64,000 nt of DNA, taken from the NCBI GenBank assembly GCA_965224085.1, contig CBDCYI010000004.1, forward strand, positions 768,001-832,000, in the 5' to 3' direction. Of the stretch, positions 42,007 through 52,167 are shown one piece after another; position 1 is the first letter of the stretch, and every line of letters begins with the position of its first letter. Both the position numbers and the translations under genes were made by a program. This stretch comes from Candidatus Marinacidobacterales bacterium. Its GTDB lineage: Bacteria > Acidobacteriota > Vicinamibacteria > Marinacidobacterales > SMYC01. The notes below the pieces were generated by a model. The model was not told the DNA's origin and did not search any database. It saw nothing but the letters and a program-made list of their open reading frames with translations.

Positions 42007-43017
42007 GTGAAAGCTGCTGTCATCGAGAAACAAGGCGCCCTCGAAAACCTCGTCTACCGTGACTGGCCCGATCCCGAGCCGGGTCCGAACGACATTGTCG
42101 TCCGCGTTGCCGCCTGCGGGCTCAACCACCTCGACATTTTCGTCCGTCGAGGCATGCCTGGCCTTCCCGTAGCCGTCCCTTTCATTTCAGGCGGCGACAT
42201 TGCAGGCACCGTGCACAGGTTAGGCGACCGGGTCAAAAGCGTCCACCTCGGCGACCGCGTCCTCCTGAACCCGTCCTCCGAAGAGGGCATGCTAGGCGAA
42301 ACGCTCCCCGGTGGCATGGCCGAGCTCGTACGCTCCCGAGCATCCCACGCGCTCCCTATCCCGCCCGGCGTCGACTTCGACGGCGCCGCCTGTCTTCCCG
42401 TCGCCTACGGCACGGCGTGGCAGATGCTGCGCGAGCGCACGACGATCGAAAAAGGCGAAACCGTGCTCGTGCTCGGCGCGAGCGGCGGCGTGGGCACCGC
42501 TTGCATTCAGATCGCCAAGAGGCTCGGTGCCCGCGTCATCGCCTGTACGAGCTCTGAGGCGAAAGGCCAAAAACTCAAGGCGCTCGGCGCCGATGACATC
42601 ATCCATACGAGCCGAACGGATTTCAGCCGCGAGGCGTGGCGGCTCTCCGGAAAAAAGGGCGTCGACGTCGTCGTGAATTACACGGGTGGCGACACGTGGG
42701 TGCCTTCGCTCAAAACACTCAGAAAACGCGGCCGGCTTCTCACTTGCGGCGCCACAGCCGGTTTCGAACCGCCCACCGATATTCGCTATATCTGGGTGCG
42801 AGAGCTGAGCATACTCGGCTCGGACGGCTGGACGACGGAGGGCATCCGCGAGCTTCTCGACGAAGTGGCCGCGGGACGTATCACGCCTACTCGACGAAGT
42901 GGCCGCGGGACGTATCACGCCTATCATCGTCGCGTGCTCCCACTCACCGAGGCGCGCGAGGGTGAGAAGCTTCTCGAAGACCGCGCCGTCTTTGGAAAGG
43001 TGATTTTGAGACCGTGA
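42007..43017 (+). CDS. Zinc-binding dehydrogenase / quinone oxidoreductase
   Basis: GLNHLD, PVAYGTAW, GASGGVG, TCGATAG, VFGKVIL. Confidence 0.88.
   Translation: MKAAVIEKQGALENLVYRDWPDPEPGPNDIVVRVAACGLNHLDIFVRRGMPGLPVAVPFISGGDIAGTVHRLGDRVKSVHLGDRVLLNPSSEEGMLGETLPGGMAELVRSRASHALPIPPGVDFDGAACLPVAYGTAWQMLRERTTIEKGETVLVLGASGGVGTACIQIAKRLGARVIACTSSEAKGQKLKALGADDIIHTSRTDFSREAWRLSGKKGVDVVVNYTGGDTWVPSLKTLRKRGRLLTCGATAGFEPPTDIRYIWVRELSILGSDGWTTEGIRELLDEVAAGRITPTRRSGRGTYHAYHRRVLPLTEAREGEKLLEDRAVFGKVILRP
42856..42923. repeat. Perfect 34-bp tandem duplication inside CDS
   Basis: CTCGACGAAGTGGCCGCGGGACGTATCACGCCTA x2. Confidence 0.92.
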
Positions 43018-43426
43018 CCGATTGGACCCTCGCAAGCCTTCAAGAAGCTCTCGACGATCCGCCCTATCAACGCTTTTTGGGATTGAGAGCGGTCGCGATG
43101 GATCCGGAAGCGGGCACGATAACCCTGGCACTGCCCTTCAAGCGCGAACTGTGCCCTCGTCCAAAGTGCCCGAGATCCATGGCGGCGTCACGGCCGCGCT
43201 CATCGGTATCGCCGGAGACTATGCGCTTGCGATCCGGTCGGGCGATCTCGTTCCGACGATCGATCTGCGTATCGACTATCTGCGCATGGCGGTCGAGACC
43301 GAGCTCACCGCGACTGCACGCGTAGTCAAAATGGGGCGCACGCTCGGCATCGTCGACGTCGAGGTCCAAGACAAAGACGGCCGGCTCGTCGCTATAGGCC
43401 GCGGAACGTACTATGTGAAGCGCTGA
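43014..43426 (+). CDS. PaaI thioesterase; frameshift ~43150
   Basis: PYQRFLGL..ITLALPFK then IHGGVTAALI, TIDLRIDYLR, VAIGRGTY. Confidence 0.82.
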
Positions 43427-43515
43427 GAGAGTTCTCGGCAAGAACACGTTTGCATCCTCCACCGACAGCAGGTCACAATCTGGGAAAATCCATGTGCCGG
43501 TATTAGGAGTGCGTC

Positions 43516-43995
43516 ATGAAGCGCCTGTTTTGGATCATGCTTGCAACGTTGCTGGCTTCCTCGGCGACTGCACAATCACTCGCCGAGATCGCTAAAAAAG
43601 AAAAAGAGCGTCGCGCGAATAACGGCGCGGAGCAAACGCAGACGATCACCGAAATTGATCTGGCCAGAAACTTGCGTGGACCGATGACGATCTCTACCGC
43701 AGCGTCCGCAACGGTTGAAGACAGGAGCGCAGACGAGGAAGACGAGGGTGACGCTGCGCCCGAACCTGAAGACCCGAGGCAGACGGCGGAGTATTGGCGC
43801 AATCGTCTCTCGGGCGTGGATCAGAGGATCCAGACGCTCGAGCAACAGCTTCAAAGTCCGCTCTATACGTCCGATCCACGCGGCGCGCCACGGAGACAGC
43901 GTCTCGAGCAGCAACTCGCTCAGGCGCAATCGGAGCGCGCCGCCATCGTCGAAGAAGCCCGCCGCGCCGGCGCCCCGCCAGGCTGGCTGCGCTAG
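43516..43995 (+). CDS. Secreted coiled-coil hypothetical protein
   Basis: Signal peptide, QSLAEIAKKEKERR, EYWRNR, EEARRAGAPPGWLR; RBS AGGAG. Confidence 0.75.
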   Translation: MKRLFWIMLATLLASSATAQSLAEIAKKEKERRANNGAEQTQTITEIDLARNLRGPMTISTAASATVEDRSADEEDEGDAAPEPEDPRQTAEYWRNRLSGVDQRIQTLEQQLQSPLYTSDPRGAPRRQRLEQQLAQAQSERAAIVEEARRAGAPPGWLR

Positions 43996-44600
43996 CGCTC
44001 GATAACAGGGACGATCAGGTAGGACGGCCGATCGCGGTCGTGGTACACGGTCTGCTCCGCGACGAGACCTTTGGTCTCTTTGCCGATGGGGCCGCCCGTG
44101 TTCAAGTTCCGATCGAACTTCGGAAAGGCGCTCGAGGAGATCTCTAGGCGCAGGCGGTGTCCCTCCAACCGTACACGTCGACCAGCACGATAAGACCCGC
44201 CCGTCGTCCCGACTTTCCCGCTCGACCACGACTGCTCGGCGCACCACGTTTGCGTGTCGTAGCCGTCTTCAGCCTCGTAGATGAACGGATAGAACTCTCC
44301 GTCCGATTCGCCGCGGCCGCGCACGTCTTGAACGACATAGGCGTAGCCGTGCGAGGCCCAAAACATTCATCGAGACGCATAACCCGCCCTGGCGTTGTCA
44401 TAGGGCGTGCGGACGAGGATGACAGGAAACGTCCCCGGGGCATCGGGCCGGTACACATCGGCGGAGAGAGTGCTTCCGTCGCGCATCGGAACCCGCTGGT
44501 CGTATTCCATCTTGACCGCGTATTCCGACGCAGCCCCGACTGACCCGACTGACCCGACCGCGACGCCAAGGAGAACGAGGAGAAGACGCGCGGGCGTCAC
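43992..44600 (-). pseudogene. Second CocE/NonD hydrolase, collapsed by internal deletions and a frameshift
   Basis: MRDG.TLSADVYRP, RTPY, QDVRGRGESDG, GGSY then directly GHRLRLEISSSAFPKFDRNLNTG. Confidence 0.8.
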
Positions 44601-44601
44601 G

Positions 44602-46500
44602 TTAGCTGCGCCGCGGCTCGTTTCGCGCTACAGAGAAAAAGTCGTGCCACTCGGAATCGGCGCCGCCATAGTGGCGTTCGATGGCAACGTCCAAAAGGTA
44701 AGGACGTCCGTCCGCCACAGCACCGAGACAGCGGTCGAGCGCGGCCGTCAGTTCTTCGGGCTTTTCGACATGCTCGCCTTCGACACCGTAGCCCTTCGCG
44801 ATCGAAACGTTGTCGATATCCGGAGAGCCGAGGGAGACGCCAACGTACTTCCCCGTCGCGGCGGCGCGTTTGCCGTAGGCGTCCAGGAACTTGCGGTTGG
44901 CCTGGTACTGACCGTTCCTGAAAATCACGACACCGATCGGCACTTCGTAGCGCACCGCGCTCCAGAGCGCTTGTACGCCGAATTGGAAGCTTCCGTCTCC
45001 GACGAGGGCAATGACTTGCTGATGCGGTTTGGCAATCTTCGCGCCGATAGCCGCCGCCACACCCCAGCCGAGCACCCCGCCACTCGATGTCAAGTTGCGG
45101 CGGCGGCGAGAGCTCGTGTGATCCATCTCGAGATAGGTCGACAAGTACGCCTCAGAAGTCACGAGCTCGCTCACGACGATGGCGTCCGGCTCGAGCTTGT
45201 TGCTGAGCTCTTTCATCAGCCGCTCGCACGCGATGGGCGCCTGGTCCCACTTCTCTGCCATGACCCGGTCGAGTCTCTCCCGCCGCGCTTGATGATACGC
45301 GACAACCCTCGACCTTCTTTCAGCGATCGCGGTCGTATTCAAGTTGCGGCTTTCGAGCTCTTCCATGATGACGCGGGCCGCGACTTGGACGTTCGCCATC
45401 ATAGGAACGTCCACGGGGTAGGTTCTTCCGATCTCCGCCGCGTCGAAGCCGGTGTGGAGTACTTTAGCGCTTCTTGGAACGACAGGCGTTTTTGGCAGCG
45501 CGCCCAAGGAGAACATCGTCCCGCCCGCGCTCCAATAAAGGTCGAATTTTTTCGGGTAGCTCGGATCTTCCGTGAACATCCCGGCGGAGTGCGGGTGCGT
45601 CGACGGGACGACATGGGGGCAATGGGCCACGTGCAGCTCTTTGAAGAGCGGCGCGCCGATGAGCTCCGCGATGCGAAGAAGCTCGTCCACGCCGCCGTAG
45701 CGGCTCACTTCCCGGCCCGCGGTGATGACGGGGAATTCGGCCGCCGTTAGAAGGTCACAAGCTTCCTGGACGAGGTCGTCGCTCGGCGGGAGCTCCAGAT
45801 GAAGCCCCGATCGCGCTTTGGGAACGATCTCGGCCGACGCTACCGTCTCCTCCCATAGATCCTTCGAGAACGTCACGAAGGTCGGCCCGCCGGGCGGAAC
45901 CGTCGCCAGCAGAAACGCCCGGCGCAGCACGTCGGGAATGGTCGACGCCGCCATCACGTCCCATGTCCAGCGCGTGTAGTCCTTTGGAAATTGATGGAGG
46001 TTCACCGCTTCCAGAAACGCGTTGGTGCCGCGGATCTCGGTTGCTTGACGGCCGACTGTGATCACGACGGGGATGCGGTCTTTGAAGGCGTTCACCATCG
46101 GTGCGAAGGCGTAGCCGGCGCCTGCCACCGAGTGCAAGTTAACGATCGGGATCTCGCCCGAGGCGCGCGCGTAGCCATCGGCCATCGACATCACGGAGCC
46201 TTCATGAAGGCTCTGCACATAGTGAAGCTCGAGCCGATCGACGAGCGCATCGAGAAATCCGACCTCCTCGGAGCCGCCCAGTCCGAAGACATACGGCACC
46301 TTCCAATCAAGCAGGAACTCGGCCATGAGCTCTCCGCCCGTCATGCCGTGCACAACCCGGCCGGGATCCTCGGTGGCGGCTTCCAAGCTCCTCGTGACGC
46401 CCGACGCCGCAGCGGAAGCGACCCCGACTTGGGCGAGCTGCCCCATGAAGGAACGACGGCCGATTTTCTTGTCCAGAAACAGACGCGCAGATTGCTTCAT
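44602..46500 (-). CDS. ThDP-dependent enzyme (benzoylformate decarboxylase/ALS-like) with Tat signal
   Basis: LHEGSVMSMADGYAR, GDGSFQF..N ThDP motif; N-terminal IGRRSFMGQLAQVGVASAAA. Confidence 0.88.
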   Translation of the reverse strand: MKQSARLFLDKKIGRRSFMGQLAQVGVASAAASGVTRSLEAATEDPGRVVHGMTGGELMAEFLLDWKVPYVFGLGGSEEVGFLDALVDRLELHYVQSLHEGSVMSMADGYARASGEIPIVNLHSVAGAGYAFAPMVNAFKDRIPVVITVGRQATEIRGTNAFLEAVNLHQFPKDYTRWTWDVMAASTIPDVLRRAFLLATVPPGGPTFVTFSKDLWEETVASAEIVPKARSGLHLELPPSDDLVQEACDLLTAAEFPVITAGREVSRYGGVDELLRIAELIGAPLFKELHVAHCPHVVPSTHPHSAGMFTEDPSYPKKFDLYWSAGGTMFSLGALPKTPVVPRSAKVLHTGFDAAEIGRTYPVDVPMMANVQVAARVIMEELESRNLNTTAIAERRSRVVAYHQARRERLDRVMAEKWDQAPIACERLMKELSNKLEPDAIVVSELVTSEAYLSTYLEMDHTSSRRRRNLTSSGGVLGWGVAAAIGAKIAKPHQQVIALVGDGSFQFGVQALWSAVRYEVPIGVVIFRNGQYQANRKFLDAYGKRAAATGKYVGVSLGSPDIDNVSIAKGYGVEGEHVEKPEELTAALDRCLGAVADGRPYLLDVAIERHYGGADSEWHDFFSVARNEPRRS

Positions 46501-47357
46501 GACGTTTCTCCGAACTCTAGAATGACCCCACCCGCGCGCTCGGGGCGAACCCAGATACCCGCCTCCGACGCATGCGGCGTCACGCCACTCCCTTCCAGAA
46601 ACTTTCGTGTCTCGTCGACGCTATCAACGGCGAGCGTCACAAGTGCAACGGACGGCACCGCGGGCAGCACGGCTTCGGGGTAGGTCTTAGCCATCGCACC
46701 GCGCTCGGTGATGGCGACATAGCCTTCGTCGAGCGAAAAATAGGGATAGCCGTCGACCGCGGTACCCCCAAGACCGGTACAGAACTCGAAACGCGCCGCG
46801 CTTTCCTCCGGGTTCTCGGAGCAGATCGTGATTCCGGAGAGCCCCACCACGCCATTCTTGTGTTTCAGAAGCTTCTTCTGCCACAGCACGCTCGGCGTCG
46901 CTTGCTCGATGAAGAAAAGCTCCGCCTCGGGAAAGGCTTTCCCGTCGAGATGAGCGATTCTGAACAGCCCTTCGCGCGTGCTCTGCCCATAGGGTACGTC
47001 CCGCCCCACCTCGACGGGTTTCTGAAGGCCGGGGGTGCGGTCTTTCCGCTCGGCATAGAACGCCGCCGCGTTCGCGCATCCGAGTGCTACGAGAGAGACC
47101 CCGTGAAAGCGGTCGAGAGCGGCTTTGAAATGCTCGTGGTAACGGTTAGGGTCGGTGAGACCTAGGATCTCGTAATAGCCTCGCTTGAACATCGCGCAGT
47201 GATTCCCCGAGCCCCAAGGCACGATGGGGCCGTCGGACGTCACGCGCCCTTTGTGCGAGCTCTCGCGTGTGAGCTGAAAGCCGAGCGTCTCGTAATCGTT
47301 CTTCGATTGTCCCAAGTCGGGCGTCACGAGCGCGACGTGATCGAGTGTGAGTTTCAT
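46497..47357 (-). CDS. VOC / glyoxalase-like family protein
   Basis: LDHVAL, LGFQLT, GSGNHCAMF..GYYEILG, FFIEQ, HKNGVVGL. Confidence 0.82.
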   Translation of the reverse strand: MKLTLDHVALVTPDLGQSKNDYETLGFQLTRESSHKGRVTSDGPIVPWGSGNHCAMFKRGYYEILGLTDPNRYHEHFKAALDRFHGVSLVALGCANAAAFYAERKDRTPGLQKPVEVGRDVPYGQSTREGLFRIAHLDGKAFPEAELFFIEQATPSVLWQKKLLKHKNGVVGLSGITICSENPEESAARFEFCTGLGGTAVDGYPYFSLDEGYVAITERGAMAKTYPEAVLPAVPSVALVTLAVDSVDETRKFLEGSGVTPHASEAGIWVRPERAGGVILEFGETS

Positions 47358-48916
47358 GGGCGTTTCCCAGCTTTTGCTATCCCTGTTCCCAGTGTTTGTT
47401 GAAGCTCGCGCTGAACGATCCCGCGGTCGACTTTTCCGACTCCGTTGAGCGGCAGATGGTCGACGATCACGATGCGACGAGGATGCGCGTAAGCGGGACC
47501 GTTCGCGAGACAAAAGCTTTTCAAAGTTTCCTCATCGATCAACGCGGCGTCTTCCCGTCGCATCGCCATCGCCACCGGCACGTGACCTTTCACCGGATGC
47601 CCGACGGGCACGACCGCGGCATCATAGACATCGGGATGAGACAGTAAGAGATCTTCGACCTCTTTCGGGTAGATGTTCTCGCCGCCGCAGTTGAACATAT
47701 CATCGGTGCGTCCCTTGAAATAAAAAAAACCCTCCTCGTCGCGCGCAAACAAATCACCCGTCGCGAGCCAACCGTCCCGGATCCGCTCATGGTTGAGCTC
47801 GGGCAAGTTGTGGTAGCCGGGCGTGACCCCGGGATTCTTGACCAAAAGCTCGCCTTCGTGAGGCTGCTCCGTCCCGTTCGCGTCGACGAGCTTGACCTCC
47901 CCCTCGGGCCACGCCACCCCGCAGCTTCCAAAAGGCACTCCGCGGCCATCGAGAGGCGGCCCAATCATCACCGGTCCGCCTTCGGTTAGTCCATAACTTT
48001 CAGACACTTTGACACCGAAGGCGTCGCGCACCGCAAGCAAGAGCTCTTTTTGCGCTGGGGCGGAGCCCAGGCTGAACGATTCGAGCTTCGAGAAGTCGAG
48101 TTCTTCGATGAGGTCGTCGTGCTGCAAGAGCTTCGTGAAGACGGCCGGCACGGCACCCGCCTGGGTGCAGCCATATGCGGAGAGCGTTCTCAGAAATCGC
48201 CGGGGCTCGAAGTCTTCAAGCAGCACCACCGTCCCGCCGCTTTGAAGAAGCGGCTTGATGGCGCCCACCATAGCGTTTTTGTGATAGAGCGGCACGGCAG
48301 CCGCCCACGCGTTCGATTTTTCCGGCCAGTACTTCTCGAGGCACCGGATCCACCAGAGCTGCCCTCCATGGGTGAGGACGACGCCTTTGGGTTTTCCGGT
48401 CGAGCCAGAAGTGTAGGGCTGGAACGACGGGTGGCCGTCGTCGATCGCGAGGGGCTCGAAATGCGCGTCTGCGCTCCGGAGGGTCTCTTCGTAGTCGAGC
48501 CAGCCCGCCGGTATCGGCTCGAAGGAAAGCCGATGCGGAAGCGCGAGCGCGTCGACGACATCCACGATGAAGCGATTGCATGAAGGCTCGACGAAAGCGG
48601 CGACGGCGGACGCATCCTGCAAAACGTAGTCGAGCGTTTCGCGGCCGAGCTTCGTGTTCAGCGGCACGGGCACGAGACCCGCGCGCATCGCACCATACAT
48701 GATCTCGACGAACTCGACCCGGTTTCCAATGGCCATCGCCACCCGATCGCCCAGAGAGAGACCGCGCGCCGCAAGCAGGTTGGCAACGCGATCCATCCGC
48801 TCGTCGATCTCCCGATAGCGCAGCTCGCGCGGTAGGTCTCGAGAAAGATCAATTATGGCGAGGCGCTCGGGATAACGCTCGACGGCGCGGGAGCACCAGT
48901 AACCCAAGTTATTCAC
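47354..48916 (-). CDS. AMP-dependent acyl-CoA synthetase
   Basis: YTSGSTGKPKG, YGLTEG, TGDL, GRTDDM..GGENIYP, GKVDR; ORF track extends artificially into upstream fragments. Confidence 0.9.
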   Translation of the reverse strand: MNNLGYWCSRAVERYPERLAIIDLSRDLPRELRYREIDERMDRVANLLAARGLSLGDRVAMAIGNRVEFVEIMYGAMRAGLVPVPLNTKLGRETLDYVLQDASAVAAFVEPSCNRFIVDVVDALALPHRLSFEPIPAGWLDYEETLRSADAHFEPLAIDDGHPSFQPYTSGSTGKPKGVVLTHGGQLWWIRCLEKYWPEKSNAWAAAVPLYHKNAMVGAIKPLLQSGGTVVLLEDFEPRRFLRTLSAYGCTQAGAVPAVFTKLLQHDDLIEELDFSKLESFSLGSAPAQKELLLAVRDAFGVKVSESYGLTEGGPVMIGPPLDGRGVPFGSCGVAWPEGEVKLVDANGTEQPHEGELLVKNPGVTPGYHNLPELNHERIRDGWLATGDLFARDEEGFFYFKGRTDDMFNCGGENIYPKEVEDLLLSHPDVYDAAVVPVGHPVKGHVPVAMAMRREDAALIDEETLKSFCLANGPAYAHPRRIVIVDHLPLNGVGKVDRGIVQRELQQTLGTGIAKAGKRP

Positions 48917-48931
48917 ACGCACGCTAGAATC

Positions 48932-49186
48932 TTCACCATCATCGACCTCGAACACGTGACGTATTTCGATAGCTTGGCGATTGGGCTTCTCATCGCCCAC
49001 TACATCTCTGTCAGCCAGCGCGGAGGCCGCGTCCTTCTCTTGAAGGCCGATGAAAAGATCCGCATCCTGATGAGGATGACGCGTCTCGAGGATCGATTCG
49101 CGTGGGTCACGGATTTGGAGGAAGCGCTGCGCACGGTCGAGGAAACGGGATTGGCTCGACCTGACCCGCAAAGCGACAGCCGATGA
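48932..49186 (+). pseudogene. STAS / anti-sigma factor antagonist, 5'-truncated
   Basis: IIDLEHVTYFDSLAIGLLI..GGRVLL..MTRL..LEEAL; N-terminal strands missing, abuts the divergent ligase start. Confidence 0.65.
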
Positions 49187-49188
49187 GG

Positions 49189-49312
49189 TCAGTTTCCGAC
49201 ACGGCGCTCGAGCGCGTGGAAGCGTGCGCTCGAGCGCAGCACGTCGAGCCTCGGGTCGACGGCCATTCCACGAGGTCTGATTCCTCGTCGTCGAAGGCGC
49301 GCTCGAGCCAAT
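49189..49312 (-). pseudogene. C-terminal remnant of a TPR/kinase-type protein
   Basis: DWLERAFDDEESDLV then MAVDPRLDVLRSSARFHALERRVGN*. Confidence 0.6.
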
Positions 49313-49981
49313 CGAGATCGCCGTCTCGTAGCTCGGCACGATCAGAAAATCGACGTCGATGCTCGGACGCCCTCCCCAGTACTCATCGTGCACCGCAAGC
49401 CGCACGACCTGGCCCCGACGCCATTCCATGAAAGAGAACGGACCCGTGCCCGCCGAGACTTTGCTCGGCCAGTCTTCGCCGTGCTCGTCGAAGACTCCAC
49501 GATCCATGATGTAAATCGGACAGATCGGAAGAGAACCTCCGCCTCACGAAATCGCACGTCTAACGTGAGCTCGTCGACTACGGTAACCCCCGAAAGCTCC
49601 TCGGTCTCACCGCTTTGAACCGCACCCGCCCCCTCGATAGAAGCCGCATATTTCGCGTTCAACCCGCCGCGGTTTCCAGGAATGAGCAGTTGCTCGAGCG
49701 ACCACTTGACGTCCGCTGCGCTCAAGATGCGGCCGCTTTTGAAACGAGACACGCGCACGCAGATGAAAGCGAAACCCGCGGTTGTCGTCGTGAGCCTCCC
49801 AAGACGTCGCCAAGAACGGCACAACATTGCCGTCCGCATCGAGCCCCGAAAAACTCTCGTACATGTTCCCAGCCAGAAGCTCGAAATAGGTGATGGGGTC
49901 GATCATGGCTGGATCCGCCTTGAGATTAGTCCGCAGAATATTCCAGATGGTAGATCCGACAATCCCCCAAACACCCTGCAA
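49313..49981 (-). pseudogene. ABC peptide substrate-binding protein (family 5), 3'-truncated and frameshifted
   Basis: GNVVPFLATSWE, FHLR, SAADVKWSLE, GTGPFSF.EW, YWGGRP. Confidence 0.75.
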
Positions 49982-50035
49982 GCATCAGAGAGCACGAGAG
50001 AGCCGATAGCAGATAGCGGGTCACCGAAATACCGT

Positions 50036-51316
50036 TCAATCCGTCAGGCTCTGCGTCTCCTGAGCCACGCGCTCGACCTCGCGCCAGACGCGCAGCAAGT
50101 TACCGCTCCAAAACTGCGCGATCTGCTCCTCGGCGTAGCCGCGCCGGACGAGCTCGAGAGTCACGTTGAAGGTCTCGCTCGCGTCGTTCCAGCCTTCGAT
50201 GCCGCCGCCGCCGTCGAAATCCGAGCTGATGCCGACATGGTCCGCGCCCATGATCTCGACCGCGTGGTCGATGTGGTCGACGAAGTCCTGGACGGTGGCC
50301 GGCGGCCACTGCTCGTCGAGCTCCGCGCGGCTGGCGATGAGCTCTGCGCGCTTCTCGTCGGAAAGCTCCGAGAGACTCCCCATCGACGAGATGCCGAACT
50401 CCGCGAAAAGCTCGTCCATTGCCGCCCGTTTTTCGGGCGGGTTGTTGACGTAAGAACCGAGCGCGACCGTCTGCATGACGCCGCCATTTTCCGCGAGGGC
50501 GCGAAGTTGCTCGTCATCCATGTTGCGCGGATGGTCGGCGAGTGCTTTGGTGCTCGAGTGCGAAGCGATCGCGGGCGCTTTCGACAGCCGCACCGCGTCG
50601 AGCATCGCGGCCTTAGAGATGTGCGACACGTCCACCATGATCCCGAGGCGGTTCATCTCGGCGATGACTTCCTCGCCAAAACCACTCACCCCGTCATGCT
50701 CCGATTCTGCATCGCCGAAATTCTCGCGCGGTGTAGACGAGTCCGCGATGTCGTTGTGGCCGCCATGGGCGAGCGTGATGTAGCGCGCGCCGAGCTCGTG
50801 ATACTTCTCGAGCAGACTCAAATCCTTCCCGATGACATAGCCGTTCTCGATCCCGATCGTGGCGACGAGCTTTCCCGATTCGTAGATACGGACGACATCA
50901 TCGGCGGTATAGGCGAACTCGATCCGATCGGGATACATGTCATCGGCCATACGGTGGATGGCGTTGAATTTCGTCATCGCATCCCGCTTCGCCTTTTCGT
51001 AGTTCTCCGGCGTACGGGCCGTCTGCCCCACATAGACGATGAAGAAGGCCGCGTTCAGACCGCCCTCTTCCATTTTCGGGAGATCGACTTTGAAGTCGCC
51101 GCGGACACCTGGATCGACTTCCTCGGTGGCGTAGTTGCTCGGGATGTCAACATGCGTGTCGAGGGTCAACACGCGATCGTGGATCCCGCGCGCTCGCTCG
51201 ACGAGCTCGGCTTCGGATTCGGCGGTGTCGGCCGCAGACGCCTCGGTGCTATCCGTGGGCCGGCAGGCGACCAAAAAAGTGAGGACGAAAAGGGCCAAAA
51301 ATAGCTTGGTTGTCAT
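50036..51316 (-). CDS. Membrane dipeptidase (M19), lipoprotein
   Basis: Lipobox LVAC, DTHVD, GIENG, DVSH, ASHS, SDFDGG. Confidence 0.92.
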   Translation of the reverse strand: MTTKLFLALFVLTFLVACRPTDSTEASAADTAESEAELVERARGIHDRVLTLDTHVDIPSNYATEEVDPGVRGDFKVDLPKMEEGGLNAAFFIVYVGQTARTPENYEKAKRDAMTKFNAIHRMADDMYPDRIEFAYTADDVVRIYESGKLVATIGIENGYVIGKDLSLLEKYHELGARYITLAHGGHNDIADSSTPRENFGDAESEHDGVSGFGEEVIAEMNRLGIMVDVSHISKAAMLDAVRLSKAPAIASHSSTKALADHPRNMDDEQLRALAENGGVMQTVALGSYVNNPPEKRAAMDELFAEFGISSMGSLSELSDEKRAELIASRAELDEQWPPATVQDFVDHIDHAVEIMGADHVGISSDFDGGGGIEGWNDASETFNVTLELVRRGYAEEQIAQFWSGNLLRVWREVERVAQETQSLTD

Positions 51317-51377
51317 AACGCGCTCCTATGATAGGAGCGAGTTTATCATGACGCCGGCACGACAGAGACGCCGCGTG

Positions 51378-51617
51378 CTAGAGGATGTCTTTGAGCTTCA
51401 GGCCTTCGTCGCGCAGATAGGTAAGGAGGCCCTTTTTGTCGATTGTGCGAAGCGCTCGTGTGGAGAGCCGTATGCGGACGGTCCGGTCGAGCTCGGGGAT
51501 GTAGATGCGCTTCCACTGAAGGTTGGGAAGCTGCCGACGCCGCGTCTTGTTATGAGCGTGGGAAACATTATTCCCCGCCATGGGGCCTTTGCCGGTGAGC
51601 TTGCACTTGCGGGACAT
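51378..51617 (-). CDS. rpmB: 50S ribosomal protein L28
   Basis: MSRKCKLTGK, GNNVSHAHNKTRRR.LPNLQ, LRTIDKKG. Confidence 0.96.
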   Translation of the reverse strand: MSRKCKLTGKGPMAGNNVSHAHNKTRRRQLPNLQWKRIYIPELDRTVRIRLSTRALRTIDKKGLLTYLRDEGLKLKDIL

Positions 51618-51709
51618 TTTCTCGAACTCCTTACGTCAACAAACATACTAGTATACTTGTTTCCGCCTCGCACACACAAGGCGGGGACATTGCGAAGACG
51701 GAGGAGTTC

Positions 51710-52167
51710 ATGTTCGGGATGAAACCAAGGGGTCAGCGCGAGCCGGAGCGCGATTTGGGCTTCGGGTCCGCCCTACCGTCGCCTTCAGTCGCATGGTGGA
51801 AGAAGACGGGCGCTGCATCCGCCGTTTCTACCCGCTAGCGCTCGAGCGGCAGAAAGTCGTTTTCTTCCCTCTTGCGTGGACCATCGTCCATCCCATCAAC
51901 AGGGACAGCCCGATCTACGACCTGACGAGCGAAGAGTGCATCCGCTCGGATGCCGAGATTCTCGTGCTCCTCAAAGGGATCGACGAGACGTTCTCCCAAA
52001 CGGTGCACGCGCGCTCGTCCTACATCGCCGAGGAGATCCTGTGGAGCTCCAAGTTCTCGGATCTATACCTGCGCGAAGGCGAGCACATCGTCGGGATCGA
52101 CCTCGGCCGGCTGAGTGATTTCGAGCGCGCTACGGCCCTTATGGCCACTACTGCCACTACTGAATAA
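51710..52167 (+). pseudogene. KirBac inward-rectifier K+ channel lacking its transmembrane/pore region
   Basis: MFGMKPRGQREPERDLGFGS joined at ~51771 to the cytoplasmic domain WTIVHPINRDSP, GIDETFSQTVHARSSY. Confidence 0.75.

Noticed and set aside
44407-45750. Long antisense ORFs (also 49682..51304, 328..1509, 20986..22239)
   Set aside because: Shadows of recognisable genes in high-GC DNA with no family motifs
47354-49507. 717-aa SBP/acyl-CoA ligase fusion in the ORF track
   Set aside because: Chance open frame across an SBP fragment, a TPR tail and antisense STAS sequence; the ligase starts at ~48916
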